A stretch of 64,000 bases of DNA from Felis catus (taxonomy: Eukaryota). The stretch covers positions 26,352,001-26,416,000 of the forward strand of contig NC_058383.1 of assembly GCF_018350175.1 (NCBI RefSeq). Reading direction: 5' to 3'. Position numbers and translations under genes: made by a program. The notes below the pieces were generated by a model. It was not told the origin of the DNA, ran no database searches, and worked only from the letters and a program-made list of their open reading frames with translations. Shown piece after piece: positions 51,225-64,000 of this stretch (within the stretch, counting starts at the first letter, position 1; each line of letters begins with the position of its first letter).

Positions 51225-52795
51225 TATTTATTTGTTATATTTATTTATTTATTTTGAGAAAGAACAAGCACGAGCTGGGGAGGGGCAGAGAGGGAAAGGG
51301 AGAATCTCAAGCATGCTCTGACATTGGGCTCGATCTCACGAACCGTGAGATCGTGACCTGAGCCAAAATCAAGAGTGAGACGCTTAACCAACTGAGCCAC
51401 CCGGGTGCCCCTTCATCACCTCTAACTGACTTGCCTTCACACCCGACGGCCTTGCCGATGTATGGCTTCTTTTCAAGGACCTCAGAGACTTGAAGTCAGA
51501 AAGACAGTTGGTTCTTTATGCTTTAGAGTCACTGACTTTTGTTAAGAACAGAGAAGGGGTCCTGTATCTTAGTTTTTTTTTTTTTTAATGTTTATTTTTG
51601 ACAGAAAGAGATAGAGAGCGTGAGTGGCGGAGGGGCAGAGAGAGGGAGACAGAGAAGCAGGCTCTGCACTATAAGCCCGACATGGGGCTCGAACTCATGA
51701 ACCATGGGATCATGACCTGAGCCGAAGTCAGACACTCAACAGACTGAGCCACCCAGGCGCCCCCGTCTTAGTTTTTAAATGAATCCTCCATGTATTCAGC
51801 CAACAGATACATAGAGCTCCCACTGTATTCTCAGTGATGCTGAAGAAGATGGGAGGCTGTCATGGTCTATTAGGAGAACGGGAACCACTTCAGACATGCA
51901 GAACAGAATTTAATACGCACGAGTGATGGAATCTAAGATCGTAAAGAGGCAGTAATGAGGCAGTCTAGAGATTCACAACAGCAGGAAGCCAATTCCACCC
52001 CTAATGGGAAGGCAAACCAGTCTCATAGAGCTGGAGCCACCAAGGCGAGGCAGCCCCCGCCAGCGACTCCCGAGGCAGGGAGAGAAATACCGGGCTTCTC
52101 TCGGCTTCTCTCTGCCCCCTTCCTCTTCTGGCCCTTCCCGCTGCTTGCGGGGAAGCTGACAAGAAAACGTGGGAAAGGCAGTCTTCAGGGCAAATCCGCT
52201 GTGATACAGGCAGAGCACAGGACCGGCCCGCACACTGGTGGATCAAAGAAGTTGTCAAAACTTTCAAGGCTGTAGAGGAAAATGAGATACTCGGAATAAA
52301 GAGTACATTTTTAAATGATTCCAAGTGAAAATTTCTCTTTAGCCAGCCCACAGGCAGGACAGTTCAGCCACTCATGGTGCTTATAACCTCAACCTTAGCT
52401 AGGCATCAGCAAAGATTCTGGGCAAATGTGGCGAGTTTCCAGGCAATTCTTGACCCAATTCTGGTCCTTTTGCTGCCTCAACCTACCTTCTTCCTGTCTT
52501 CTCAGCTCCGAATGCCCCCTCTTTTTCCTTCTTGTACTACTAACATTCTCTCCCTTTCCTCTCTTTTACAGGTAGTTTTCCATTTTGGTATTAATACTTT
52601 TTTTTTTTAAGTTTATTTACTTATTTTGAGAGAGAGAGAGCAAGTGGGTAAGGGGCAGAGAGAGGGAGAGAGGGAATCCCAAACTCTGTCAGTGCAGAGC
52701 CCAACGCGGGGCTCAAACTCATGAACCATGAGATCATGACCTGAGCAGAGATCATGAGTCAGAGACTTAACCGACTGAGCCCCCCCGGGCATCCG
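51225..52795 (-). mobile_element. Three Can-SINEs: 51225-51411, 51572-51764, 52598-52795
   Basis: Reverse-complement heads and T tails. Other sequence lies between them. Confidence 0.88.
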
Positions 52796-55207
52796 GTCTA
52801 TGATACTTTTATGAAAACATTTTGCAAAGTTGGATCTGAACAACTCCTTAACCTGTTGTATGTGAAGTTCAGTTCACAGAAAGCTAGACGCTATTATAAA
52901 ATCCCTAATTACATCTTGTCTTTGAGACACAATCCAATTCTATATTTCTGGTGTTTTCTTCATGCTTTTATTTTTTTTCTTTCATAATTAAACACACAAT
53001 CAGCTTATGTCTGTCTGTGGAGCATCTGATTGAAATTTAAGATCCTCATACTTTCTGCTTACCTAATCATTTCCGCCTTTGTTTCAAGAGGCAGTTGAGT
53101 TGAATTAAGTTCGACTGCTCTATGCTCCTTATTACTTGCAGTAGCACCTTGGGCTTCTCTATGTTCCAGTTATTTTGACCAGTTATGGGGGAAATGCAAT
53201 GAAATATGGAAATTTTTTCCCAAGCAGGTGCTGTTGAACAAGTGCTAAAATGGCTAGGCGGCCACTCTACCCGATGACTGCTCAACGTGTATGTTCAGCA
53301 GTCAATGTAGGAGACCCCAAATTGTGCGTGAGAGAGGCGTGTGGGGATGCCAGTGCTTACGCAGCAGGGCAGGACCAAGCTCAAGGACCCACTAGGGTTA
53401 AGAACACCCTGTCCCCAGAAAGTGGATTCCCTCACACGGTGGAACACATACTCTTGGAACATCAATGTTGACGAGAGCCCTGCTGATGTCAAGTAGAAGT
53501 AAGGTTTGGTGTTGTTTATGTGGTCCTTGTGGCTCATTTGAGGACACCAGACCTTAAGAAATAGAGAAATAAACCAACCAGCCTGCCTCTGGGAAGTCAG
53601 AAATGTGTGCTCCAGGTGGTCCAGAGTGGATAGGGGGTATTCAGGGAAGGCTTCCTGGAAGGACCATCTTGGATCAGGATATTCAAGGATGAGGAAGCCT
53701 AAAGAATGGAAACAGCAGATGTTCCAAGGGAAGAAGCAAGGACACTAGACTCAGACAGTCCTGGACTAGTCCCAGCTCTGCCACTTCCTCCCTACACTGT
53801 CTGACCAAGGAGACCAAGCATCTGAAGTTCTTTCAAAGTTAGCTCGTCACTGAGTGCTCGAGAGGGAGCCATTAATAGTTCCGTTTATTATAATTCTAGG
53901 CATCTCAAGGGGGCCAGTTCTTACTTAGGGTTCCCATGTCAGATCGTCTTTCTGAGGGCCAGCAAGCCCTGCCCCACTCACCCATTTTCCCTTCCGTTTC
54001 CTCCAATGGTATCTCGGTTCTTAGTCCATTCAGGCTGCTGTTACAAAAACACGACAGACGGGGTGGCTTACAAACAACAGAAATGTATTTCTCCTAGTTT
54101 GGTGGCGAGAAGTCCAAGCTAGGGTGCCAGCTTGGTCAGGTTCATAGTGGGAGAGCCTGCTCCCTGGTCCACGATGGCCATCTTCGAGCTGCATCCTCAC
54201 CGGGGAAGGGGTGAGAGCTCTCTGGCATCTTTTCAGGGCACTAATCCCATTCATGAGAGCTCCACCCCCATGACCTAATCACCTCCCAGAGTCCCACCCT
54301 CTAATACCATCACACTGGTATTAACATAGGAATTTGGGTTCATATATTCCCAACATATGAATATGGGGTTTCAACAAATGAATTTGGGGGAGACCCAAAG
54401 ATTGAGTTCCCAACTGTATCTGCAGCTCCCTGAATGTGATTGCCTGCAGCACGGTGTTGAGAAAGATTCTGAGTGCTTCTGGAACGGATTGGCAATGTCT
54501 TCCACAAACACAGAACGAAGCAGAATAAACGTGGCTGCTCTGATTGGCTACCAGGGCCTCAGGACAAAGGGAATTTAATAGGGGGCATTTTAGACAAGGT
54601 GGCAGCCCGTGGAGAGTGGCCATCCGGTGAAGCCAATGACAGCAGATACGCTTTGTTGCAGCATAAAGGGCACCTCACCAGAGTCCCGTTTTAAAGTGAG
54701 TTATTTGCTGGTTATTCGGTCTGAGGCTGCTAACTATGACTCGATAAAGATTTCTTGAACATACTGAAGTCTACCTTAATGCCACGTGGAAGCCGAAAAT
54801 GGGACCCCTGGTCTGGTGGGATCTGCCCCTCTGGGTCTGTGAGCTCCTTGAGCCGAGTCTATTGTGTGTCCATTGCCCTCACCTCCCTTACCTGCCCTTC
54901 TGGCCTCTGCCGATGGCGTTCTCCAGGCTCCCTGGTAGCAGGGCGCTGGGTGAGCTGTTCCCTTCCCCAGGCTCTTCAGTGCAGCAGCTTCAAACATCAG
55001 GTCCACCCTCAACTATAACCCAAGAAGGAAAGGCCGCGATGGACCCTGCAGCCTTCTCCGCACACCTGTCTCCATTTATCAGGGAGGGCAGTATTTCCCA
55101 GACGCCCCTTACGGAAGTCCGCTTACATCCAGTTGGCCCACCTGGGGTTGATGGCCAGTGGTGGCTGAAGAGGAGGCTAGAAAGTGAAACCTAGCTTTCC
55201 TAACTTC

Positions 55208-55225
55208 TTTTTGGGTGGTGTTTTT

Positions 55226-55265
<40 letters not shown>

Positions 55266-55454
55266 GTGGGCATGCTCAAGCAGGGCAGAGGGGCAGAGGA
55301 TGGGGAGAGAGAGAGAGAGAGAGAGAGAATATCTCTAGCAGGCTCCCTGCTCAGCGCAGAGCCTGACTTGGGGCTCAATCCCACGAACCTAGGATCATGA
55401 CCTGAGCCGAAATCAAGAGTCAGATGCTCAACTGACCAAGTCACCCAGGTGCCC
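55208..55454 (-). mobile_element. Can-SINE with (GA)n
   Basis: TSD tcctaacttctt on both sides. Confidence 0.9.
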
Positions 55455-56019
55455 TTCCTCTCCTAACTTCTTATGTAGGCAACAGGCAAAGAGACCAGAA
55501 ATGGCTATGGAGTAAGCAACCAGGGGTGTCCACCCCAGTGTCCCATTGATATGACAATGCAAAAAAAAAAAAAAAAAAAAAAAGGCAATACGGTGACTTC
55601 ACATATGCAAAACATGCAACACGGTACCTGTCATGAAGTCAGCGCTCAGGAAACATTTTAATGATCCAAGGAAAATCTCTATGTGTCTATCTCTCTACCC
55701 ATCCATCCATCTCTATTTCTTTGTTGCTCTGGGAAGCAGACTGCTTTCAGTGTCCTCCACCGATGTCTTTTGTTAGGTGAAGTATTTTCTGAGTTCTTTG
55801 AAATAGGAGGTGAGGGTCCCCCAAGAAGACACCAATGCCTTCTGCTATGGTTTGAATATTTGTGTCCCACCCCCCAAATTCAGAGGTTGAAATCCTAATG
55901 CCCAACGTGACCATATTCGGAGGTTGGACATTTGGAGGTGATTAGGTCATGAGGTGAAGCCCTCATGAATGAGATTAGCACCCTTTTTCTTTTAATGTTT
56001 ATTTACTTATTTTGAGGGT

Positions 56020-56069
<50 letters not shown>

Positions 56070-56831
56070 CAAGCAGGCTCAGCATGGAGCCTGACACGGG
56101 GCTCAATCCCATGACTCTGGGATCATGACCTGAGCCGAAATCAGGAGCCAGATGCTTAACCGACTGAGGCACCCAGGTGCCCCGGAATTAGTGCCCTTAT
56201 ACAAGATGCTCCACATTGCTGTCTTGCCCCTTCCTCCTCCGTGTGAGGACACAGCGAGAAGTCTGTGACCCAGAAGGCCCTCACCTGACCATGCTGACCT
56301 CCTGAACTTGGACTTCTAGCCTCTAGAACTGTGAAAAATAGATTTCTGTTGTTTGAAAGCCATCCAGTCTATGATATTTTGTTACTGCAGCCTGAAAAGG
56401 CTGACACTTTCTAAGCGGGGGTGGCCTGTTAACCAAAGGGCTTTGGTGTTGCTGAGTGGGCTATGCAAGTTCAAGCCCAGAGCCGAATTTTCCAGGGAGG
56501 CAAAAGATTTTGGAGGCGGTATGTGAACAAAAACCTGGTAGGATATGTAAGGACTGGCAGCATAGGAGGGCTTCTGAGAGAAAACGAAAGTGTCTAGTGG
56601 AGATTTCCATCAAGTTATTTGATGTGCAGAGCGCATGAGAAACCCCTTTCTCTGTCTCTTCATGATATTGTCAATATAATCCACCTCATTTGCTGGTGTG
56701 TTTGAGACAGATGTAAATTTTTAGGATGAATAGTGGGGCTGAGATCTGCTTTGAACTGGCATGGATCTGATCCAGAGGTGGCCATGAAAAGACAGTCACA
56801 TATGGGTGGTGTAATTAAAAAAAGAAAAAGA

Positions 56832-57247
56832 GGGGCGCCTGGGTGGCTCAGTCGGTTAAGCACCCGACTTTGGCCCAGGCCATGATCTCACAGTTTGTCG
56901 GTTCGAGCCCCATGTCCGGCTCTGTGCTGACAGCTCAGAGCCTGGAACCTGCTTCAAATCCTGTGCCTCCCTCTCTCTCTGCCCCTCACTCGTTTGTGCT
57001 CTGTCTCTCTCTATCTCTCAAAAATAAATGTTAAAAAAAAATTTTTTTTAAATAAATAAAAGAAAAAAAGAAAAAGAAGGAGGGGCACCTGGGTGGCTCA
57101 GTCGGTTAAGTGGCCGACTCTTGATTTCAGCCCAAGTCATGATCTCATGGTTCATGGGTTTGAGCCCCGCATGGGGCTCTGCGCTCACAGCCTGATTCAG
57201 AGTCTCTGTCTCCCCTCCCCTCTCTCTGCCCCTCCCCCACTAGAGTG

Positions 57248-57283
<36 letters not shown>

Positions 57284-57310
57284 AATAAATAAATGTTAAA
57301 AAAAGAAAAC
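56832..57310 (+). mobile_element. Two tandem Can-SINEs just upstream of CLEC19A exon 3
   Basis: Heads at 56832 and about 57082. Confidence 0.92.
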
Positions 57311-57371
57311 GAAGGAAAAAACAAGGATTGCTTTCAGTTTTTGACTCTGTCCTGTGAACAGAGACGAGTAA

Positions 57372-57551
<180 letters not shown>

Positions 57552-58697
57552 TAGCCGACCTTTCACCTGGGGCCCATACGGCAGGTCACTGCGGCGTGCC
57601 CAGCACGTGGAGAGAAACCAGATACCGGGATGCCCCAGGTAGAAGGTAGTGTTGTGAAAGAGTATATGACGGGGACATAGCAGGATCAGGGAAGGCCTCT
57701 GTTTGGGTGTGAGTTCCCAAAACAGTGGACACAAAAATGTGACTAGATGTGTAAAATATTTCTGAGGGGGAAAGATCTGTGAGGGAGAAAAGAGGAGGGG
57801 ACATAAGTGTGATGATAGCACAGTTCTGAGAAAGACTTGCTAGGCCAGTGGGGAGTCCTCAGGCAAAGGAGGGCCACTAGAGGAACCCCGCCTGGGGCAG
57901 GAATGAGCCGGCACCAGCACCCCTGAGTACCTGCTGAGTCACTGACTGACTGGGCACAGCCTGGAGGAAACCTGGTCTGGCTGTGAACGCAGCGGTGAAT
58001 CCGAAGGGGCAGGAGAGCTGAGGCTGTGGGTCAGCCGTGCTCCCTGTAGCTGGTCCTCCTGAGGGAGTTCCAAGCAGTGCACTTCCGTGGTTGCCACAGC
58101 CTCCCTAAGTTAAAGACATTTAAGCTAGTATCTAATGGATAAATAGGAGTCAGCCAGAGGAAGAGCATTCCAGGTAGAGGGAATAGCATGGGCAAAGGTC
58201 CTGAGGCGTGAGAGATCATGACCTATTCGAGGACCTGAAAGACAAGTGGGTCTGGGATGCAAAATGGGGCAGGGGTCGATGGAATAATGGTGAAGAGCAA
58301 GGCCAGATCTCATACCTGGCGACATCGCAGCAGAGTCCCCCTGGGAATTCTGTCCCCAGACTTTCCCTGGAGGAGCTGAATACTGTCTCTGTTTTGCATG
58401 TATGCTACCAGCCCTGCCCCCAGAGTACTGCGGGGAATAGGGCTCCGGTTCCAGCCCCCGTCCTGCCTCTTACTGGCTGGTAGGTGACTCTGGGCAATTT
58501 TTTTTTGTTGACCTCTCTGAGCTTCAGTTTCCTCAGCTATAAAATGGGGGTAATGATAACAGTGCCTTGTTATGAAAAGTCAATGAGCTTAGCCTGGCAC
58601 TTGGGACACTCTAAGAGCTCACTAGGGCTGGTAGAAGTCACTGTCAAATAGCAGAAGCAACAGTAGTAGCCAGACTCAACAGAGATGGATATATATA

Positions 58698-58918
58698 TTT
58701 TTTTAATTTTTTTTTAACGTTTATTTATTTTTGAGACAGAGAGAGACAGAGCATGAACAGGGGAGGGGCAGAGAGAGAGGGAGACACAGAATCTGAAACA
58801 GGCTCCAGGCTCTGAGCTGTCAGCACAGAGCCCGACGCAGGGCTCGAACTCACGGACCATGAGATCATGACCTGAGCCGAAGTCGGACGCTTAACCGACC
58901 AAGCCACCCAGGCGCCCC
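58698..58918 (-). mobile_element. Feline Can-SINE
   Basis: TSD ggatatatatattttt on both sides. Confidence 0.93.
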
Positions 58919-59008
58919 GGATATATATATTTTTAAATCAATAGAATTCATCTTGCAAGAACCTACATAGAAGTTGTAATTGAAAAAAAAAAAAAACAAC
59001 CCCACAAT

Positions 59009-59812
59009 GGGCACCTGGGTGGCCCAGTCAGTTAAGTGTCCTACTTCAGCTCAGGCTGTGATCTCATGGTTCATGAGTTCGAGCCCCTCATCGGGCTCAC
59101 TGCCATCAGCACAGAGGCTCCTTGGATCCTCTGTCCCCCTCTCTCTCTGGACTTCCTCCGCTTATGCTCTCTCTCTCAAAAATAAATAGGCATTAAGGGG
59201 CGCCTGGGTGGCGCAGTCGGTTGAGCGTCCGACTTCAGCCAGGTCACGATCTCGCGGTCCGTGAGTTCGAGCCCCACGTCAGGCTCTGGGCTGATGGCTC
59301 AGAGCCTGGAGCCTGCTTCCGATTCTGTGTCTCCCTCTCTCTCTGCCCCTCCCCCGTTCATGCTCTGTCTCTCTCTGTCCCAAAAGTAAATAAACGTTGA
59401 AAAAAAATTTTTTTTAAATAAATAGACATTAAAAAAAAAAGAACCGCAAAATTTATATTCGTAATAGTAACTTTCAAATGGGATTATAGGAGCACCTGGG
59501 TGGTTCGGTCAATTAAATGCCCCACTTGGGCTCAGGTCATGATCTCACGGTTCATGAATTCGAGCCCCACATCAGGCTTGCTGCTGTCAGTGCAGAGCCT
59601 GCTTGGGCTCCTCTCTCTCCCTCTCTCTCTCTGCCCCTCCCCCACTCACTCTCAGAAATAAATAAATAAATAAATAAATTTTAAAAATGGGATTATAGGG
59701 GCGCCTGGCTGGCTCAGTCAGAAGAGCATGTGACTCTTGATCTCAAGGTCATGAGTGTGAGTCCCACGTTGGGTATAGAAATTACTTAAATAAATAAACT
59801 TAGAGAAAAAAA
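59009..59812 (+). mobile_element. Cluster of four Can-SINEs, one young copy nested at 59197-59415
   Basis: Heads at about 59009, 59197, 59489 and 59698. TSDs aaataaatagRcattaa and aaatgggattatagg. Confidence 0.92.
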
Positions 59813-60655
59813 GGATTGTGAATACACTTAGGGTTTAAGGAACTTGTATTACAATAATTAAGTGTAGTAATAACAAACAATACAGTAAAAGATCTTGTTT
59901 TTTAAAATCTTCCTTGCAGGGCACTAGCTAAGTCCTTTGTGCCCTTTACTTCATCACTGCTCACAACAGCTTTCTGAGGGAGAGACTAGCTCCATTGTAA
60001 AGGTGTGGAAACTGAGGCTGGGGAGGTTAGGTAACCTGTCCAGATGGCAGTGAGGAGGTGGGTAGCATCTAGCTCTAGCCTCTCTCTCAGAAGCAGCATG
60101 CTGTTTCCATTATCTGATGCCACCTCCGTAATCATCAGTCTTTCGGGGGAGACTTTTCTAAGGACTTGAATAAATGCAGAAATGGCTCGTGTTCCAGAAC
60201 ATGGCAAGGATATAGTTCTTTCCACAGTTAATTTGCACATTTATTTTAACACCAATCAAATTCCCAACAGGAGTTTTCTTGTAATTGGACAGAGAAGTCT
60301 CACATCAGGCAAGAAAAATACACAGTACAGGGACAAAAGGAAAGAAATGAAGGGTGACTCCGGTCTGCTGGTAAATTGAATTAAAAAAAAAAAAGTGTAG
60401 TAGTTAAAATCTTGGGCACGGAGTCTCACAGACCTGGGTTTGAATGCCAGCACCAATGCTTTATTAGCTATGTGAATTTGGCTAGGCCAATCTGAGTCTG
60501 AGTTTTCTCATCTGTGCAATAGACATGACGATGCCTGCTTGGACGATGGTGGGGAGAAAATAAGTAGAGCCCCCGATGGCAACTAATGAACCTTCAATAA
60601 ACAGCAGCTAGTAGTGATGGTATAATAGCAGTATCTCGCATCAAACTGAGGACTT

Positions 60656-60880
60656 TTTAAAAATATTTTAATATTTATTTTTGAGAGAGAGAGAGAGAGA
60701 ATGTGAGACACAGACTCCGAAGCAGGCTCCAGGCTCTGAGCTATCAGCGCAGAGCCCCACGTGGGGCTCAAACCCATCAACCAGGAGATCATGACCTGAG
60801 CCGAAGTCAGAGGCTTAACTGACCGAGCTACCCAGGTGCCCCTATATATTTATTTTGAGAGAGAGAGAGAGACTGGGCAA

Positions 60881-60938
<58 letters not shown>

Positions 60939-61524
60939 CCCAAACAGGCTCCATACTGTCAGCACAGAGCCCAACTCAGGGCTCAAACTCAGGAACCTTG
61001 AGATCATAACCTGAGCCGAAGTGGGAAGCTCAGTTGAGTGAGCCCCCCAGGCGCCCCAGGACTTTTTAAAAAGTTTGTTTGTTTGTTAAGATTCTTTTTT
61101 TTTCCCAACGTTTATTTATTTTCTTTTTTGGGGGGGGACAGAGAGAGACAGAGCATGAACGGGGGAGGGGCAGAGAGAGAGGGAGACACAGAATCGGAAA
61201 CAGGCTCCAGGCCCTGAGCCATCAGCCCAGAGTCTGACTTGGGGCTCGAACTCACGGACCGCGAGATCGTGACCTGGCTGAAGTCGGACGCTTAACCGAC
61301 TGCACCACCCGGGCACCCCTTGTTAAGATTCTTTTTGAGAGGGAGAGAGAGCTCATGAGCATGCAGGCTCATGCGCGCGCCCACGAGTGGGGGCGGGGCA
61401 GAGAGAGAGAGAGGGAGAGAGAGAATCCCGAGAAGGCAGGGCTCGATCCCACAAGCTGTGAGATCATGACCTGAGCCCAAATCAGGAGTCCAAGGCTTAA
61501 CGGACTGAGCCCCTAGGCGCCCCC
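60656..61524 (-). mobile_element. Nested stack of four antisense Can-SINEs
   Basis: Heads at about 60843, 61057, 61319 and 61524, with nested TSDs (see findings). (GA)n at about 60885-60936. Confidence 0.92.
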
Positions 61525-61578
61525 AAAGTGAGGACTTCTGCACTGTTCCATATGGAGGCGTTAGAATATCAGCCCTGA

Positions 61579-61875
<297 letters not shown>

Positions 61876-63020
61876 TAGGGGGCTGGTGGGGGCGGAGTGG
61901 GCGGGGTTGGGGGGCCGGGCCCTTCTCCGCCCTGGATACAGTTTAAACACTAGGTAGCGGGGCATTGTTGACCTGCAGACCGTGCTTGCATTAAAAAGAT
62001 ACTAGAGGCAGAAGCATGGGGCAGGTTGGAGGGGCGGGGTCGCACAGATCGGTCAAAAGATGGTGCGTCTGTGTCAGCTCCCCAGTGCGCTGGAGTGCCA
62101 GCCCCGACCCCAGGCTCGTGCTCCTCACTATCAGAGCAGAGGTATGCCTGGAGAAGCACCGAGGTGGAAGTAGTGAAAAGGATATACACCTGGGTCCAAG
62201 CCCTTGCCTTGCTGCTTTCTAGCTCTGTAACCTTGCAGGGAATCACTTATTCACTCTGAGATTCCGCTTCCTCTTCTGTAAAATGGATTTAGTAACCGTT
62301 CTACCCACAGGGCAGATGTGAGGATTATAGGAGGCACAGCTGATCCAGCTGTTCTCCGAACCCCAGCTCCACCCCTTATTAATCGCGTGGTCCAAAGTGA
62401 ATGCCTTAACCTCCTGGCTCAGAGTCTGCATCTGCAAAATGGGCTAATGATACTTAACGCACAAGGTTGCTGTGAAGAGGAAAGAAGCTAATGTACATAA
62501 AGTGGCCACAACGATTTGCATGTGGTATTAGCAATCACCGCCATCAGCATGAGCAACATCATCTCTCCTCAACCCTATCTGGAGAAGTGAAAATGATTCA
62601 TATTCTCATTTTGCAGCTGAAGAAATGGAAGCTCAGAGATGTTAAACAATTTGTTCTTGGTCACACAGCAAGTAGTGAAATGGGTTTCAAACCTGGATCT
62701 ACCAAAGTCCAGATTCAAGCACCCAACTCCTGCTCCTCCTGCGCCCCTTTTTCTTCTCCTGATTCGAATAGGGAGGTAGGGAACAGGGACTTGCTATCCT
62801 GGGAGCCAGTCTGGAGCCTGGGAGTCAGAGCTGGGCCAAGCCCCTGGGTAAAGGGTGTCCTGCCCCTCGACAGCAGCAAGTCAGGATCAGCCTTAGGAGA
62901 GAGAAGGGCCGGACAGCAGCCTCATCAAGCACCAGCCAGAAAGGGGTGCCAGTGCAGGCATGAGGCCACGGGAGAGGGCTTTCACTCCAGTGGGGCGGTG
63001 AGGTTACTTTACTGTGGTAG

Positions 63021-63140
<120 letters not shown>

Positions 63141-63215
63141 GCCGGTCTTGCCCCGTCAAAAGTGAGCCCAACTCCAGCACATCATGTAGGTATACCTAGT
63201 GTAAATCTGACACTC

Positions 63216-63221
63216 AATAAA
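63216..63221 (+). terminator. CLEC19A polyadenylation signal AATAAA
   Basis: Canonical hexamer in unique sequence, 75 nt after the stop codon. Confidence 0.75.
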
Positions 63222-63257
63222 TGTAAGCCACAGAAGAGATAAAGCTCCTGGGCAGAC

Positions 63258-63731
63258 ATTTTTGTTTTTAATTTTTTAATGTGTATTTTTATTTATTTTG
63301 AGAGAGAGAGAAGAGGAGAGGCAGAGAGAGAGAGAGGGAGAGAGAGAGAGAGAGAATCCCAAGCAGACTCTACATTGTCAGCACGGAGTCCAACATGGGG
63401 CTCAACCTCACGAACCATGAGATCATGACCTGAGCCTAAATCAAGAGTCAGATGCTTAACCGACAGAGCCACCTAGGTGCCGCCCCAGGCAGAGGTGTTA
63501 AACAAGCAAGTCTTTTTTTTTTTTTTTTTAACATTTATTTATTTTTGAGACAGAGAGAGACAGAGCATGAATGGGGGAGGGGCAGAGAGAGAAGGAGACA
63601 CAGAATCCGAAGCAGGCTCCAGGCTCTGAGCCATCAGCCCAGAGCCTGACGTGGGGCTCGAACTCCCGGACCGCGAGATCGTGACCTGGCTGAAGTCGGA
63701 CGCTTAACCGACTGCGCCACCCAGGCGCCCC
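63258..63731 (-). mobile_element. Two Can-SINEs downstream of CLEC19A
   Basis: The second (63515-63731) has a perfect TSD aaacaagcaagtctt at 63500-63514 and 63732-63746. Confidence 0.93.
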
Positions 63732-64000
63732 AAACAAGCAAGTCTTAATGATACAGAGTGGTGACTTGGTCACACTGAAACTGGCTTAATTAAGAAACAA
63801 GGGTGGTGGATATATGTAAGCAACACAAATCCAAGGTTGTTTGAGATTCAGAGTTGAATGTCACGGGCCTGACTCAATCACATGCCTATTCCCCTTTAGC
63901 AAATTCTGGTTGTTTAGATACCCATCTCTGGGGCAGAGAGTGGTGGGAGTTAATATCATCTGAACCATGTGGGCCCAAAGAGGAGAGTCGTTCCCCCCAA

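Overview
Mammalian DNA, almost certainly from a felid, judged by the feline-type Can-SINEs and an L1. Two genes lie on the + strand. (1) The 3' end of SYT17 (synaptotagmin-17): penultimate coding exon 1053-1208, a ~31.7 kb last intron, and the last coding exon 32942-33138 plus 3'UTR. (2) A complete five-exon CLEC19A (ATG 40997 to stop 63140, polyA signal 63216). It splices to an intact 185-aa predicted secreted C-type lectin with QPD and WND motifs and 7 cysteines. The rest is intronic or intergenic: about 60 Can-SINEs by manual count (many with TSDs, several nested), L1 fragments, MIR, MER5/20/58-like DNA transposon relics, MLT1/MER21-like LTRs and microsatellites. Nearly all ORFs in the supplied track are repeat-derived or spurious. 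I see no clearly new biological system. The best leads are the intact galactose-type lectin with a spare cysteine, a 136-aa intron-3 read-through isoform, and an in-frame route to a SYT17-CLEC19A read-through chimera. Exon coordinates were read base by base. Repeat boundaries and subfamily names are by eye and approximate.
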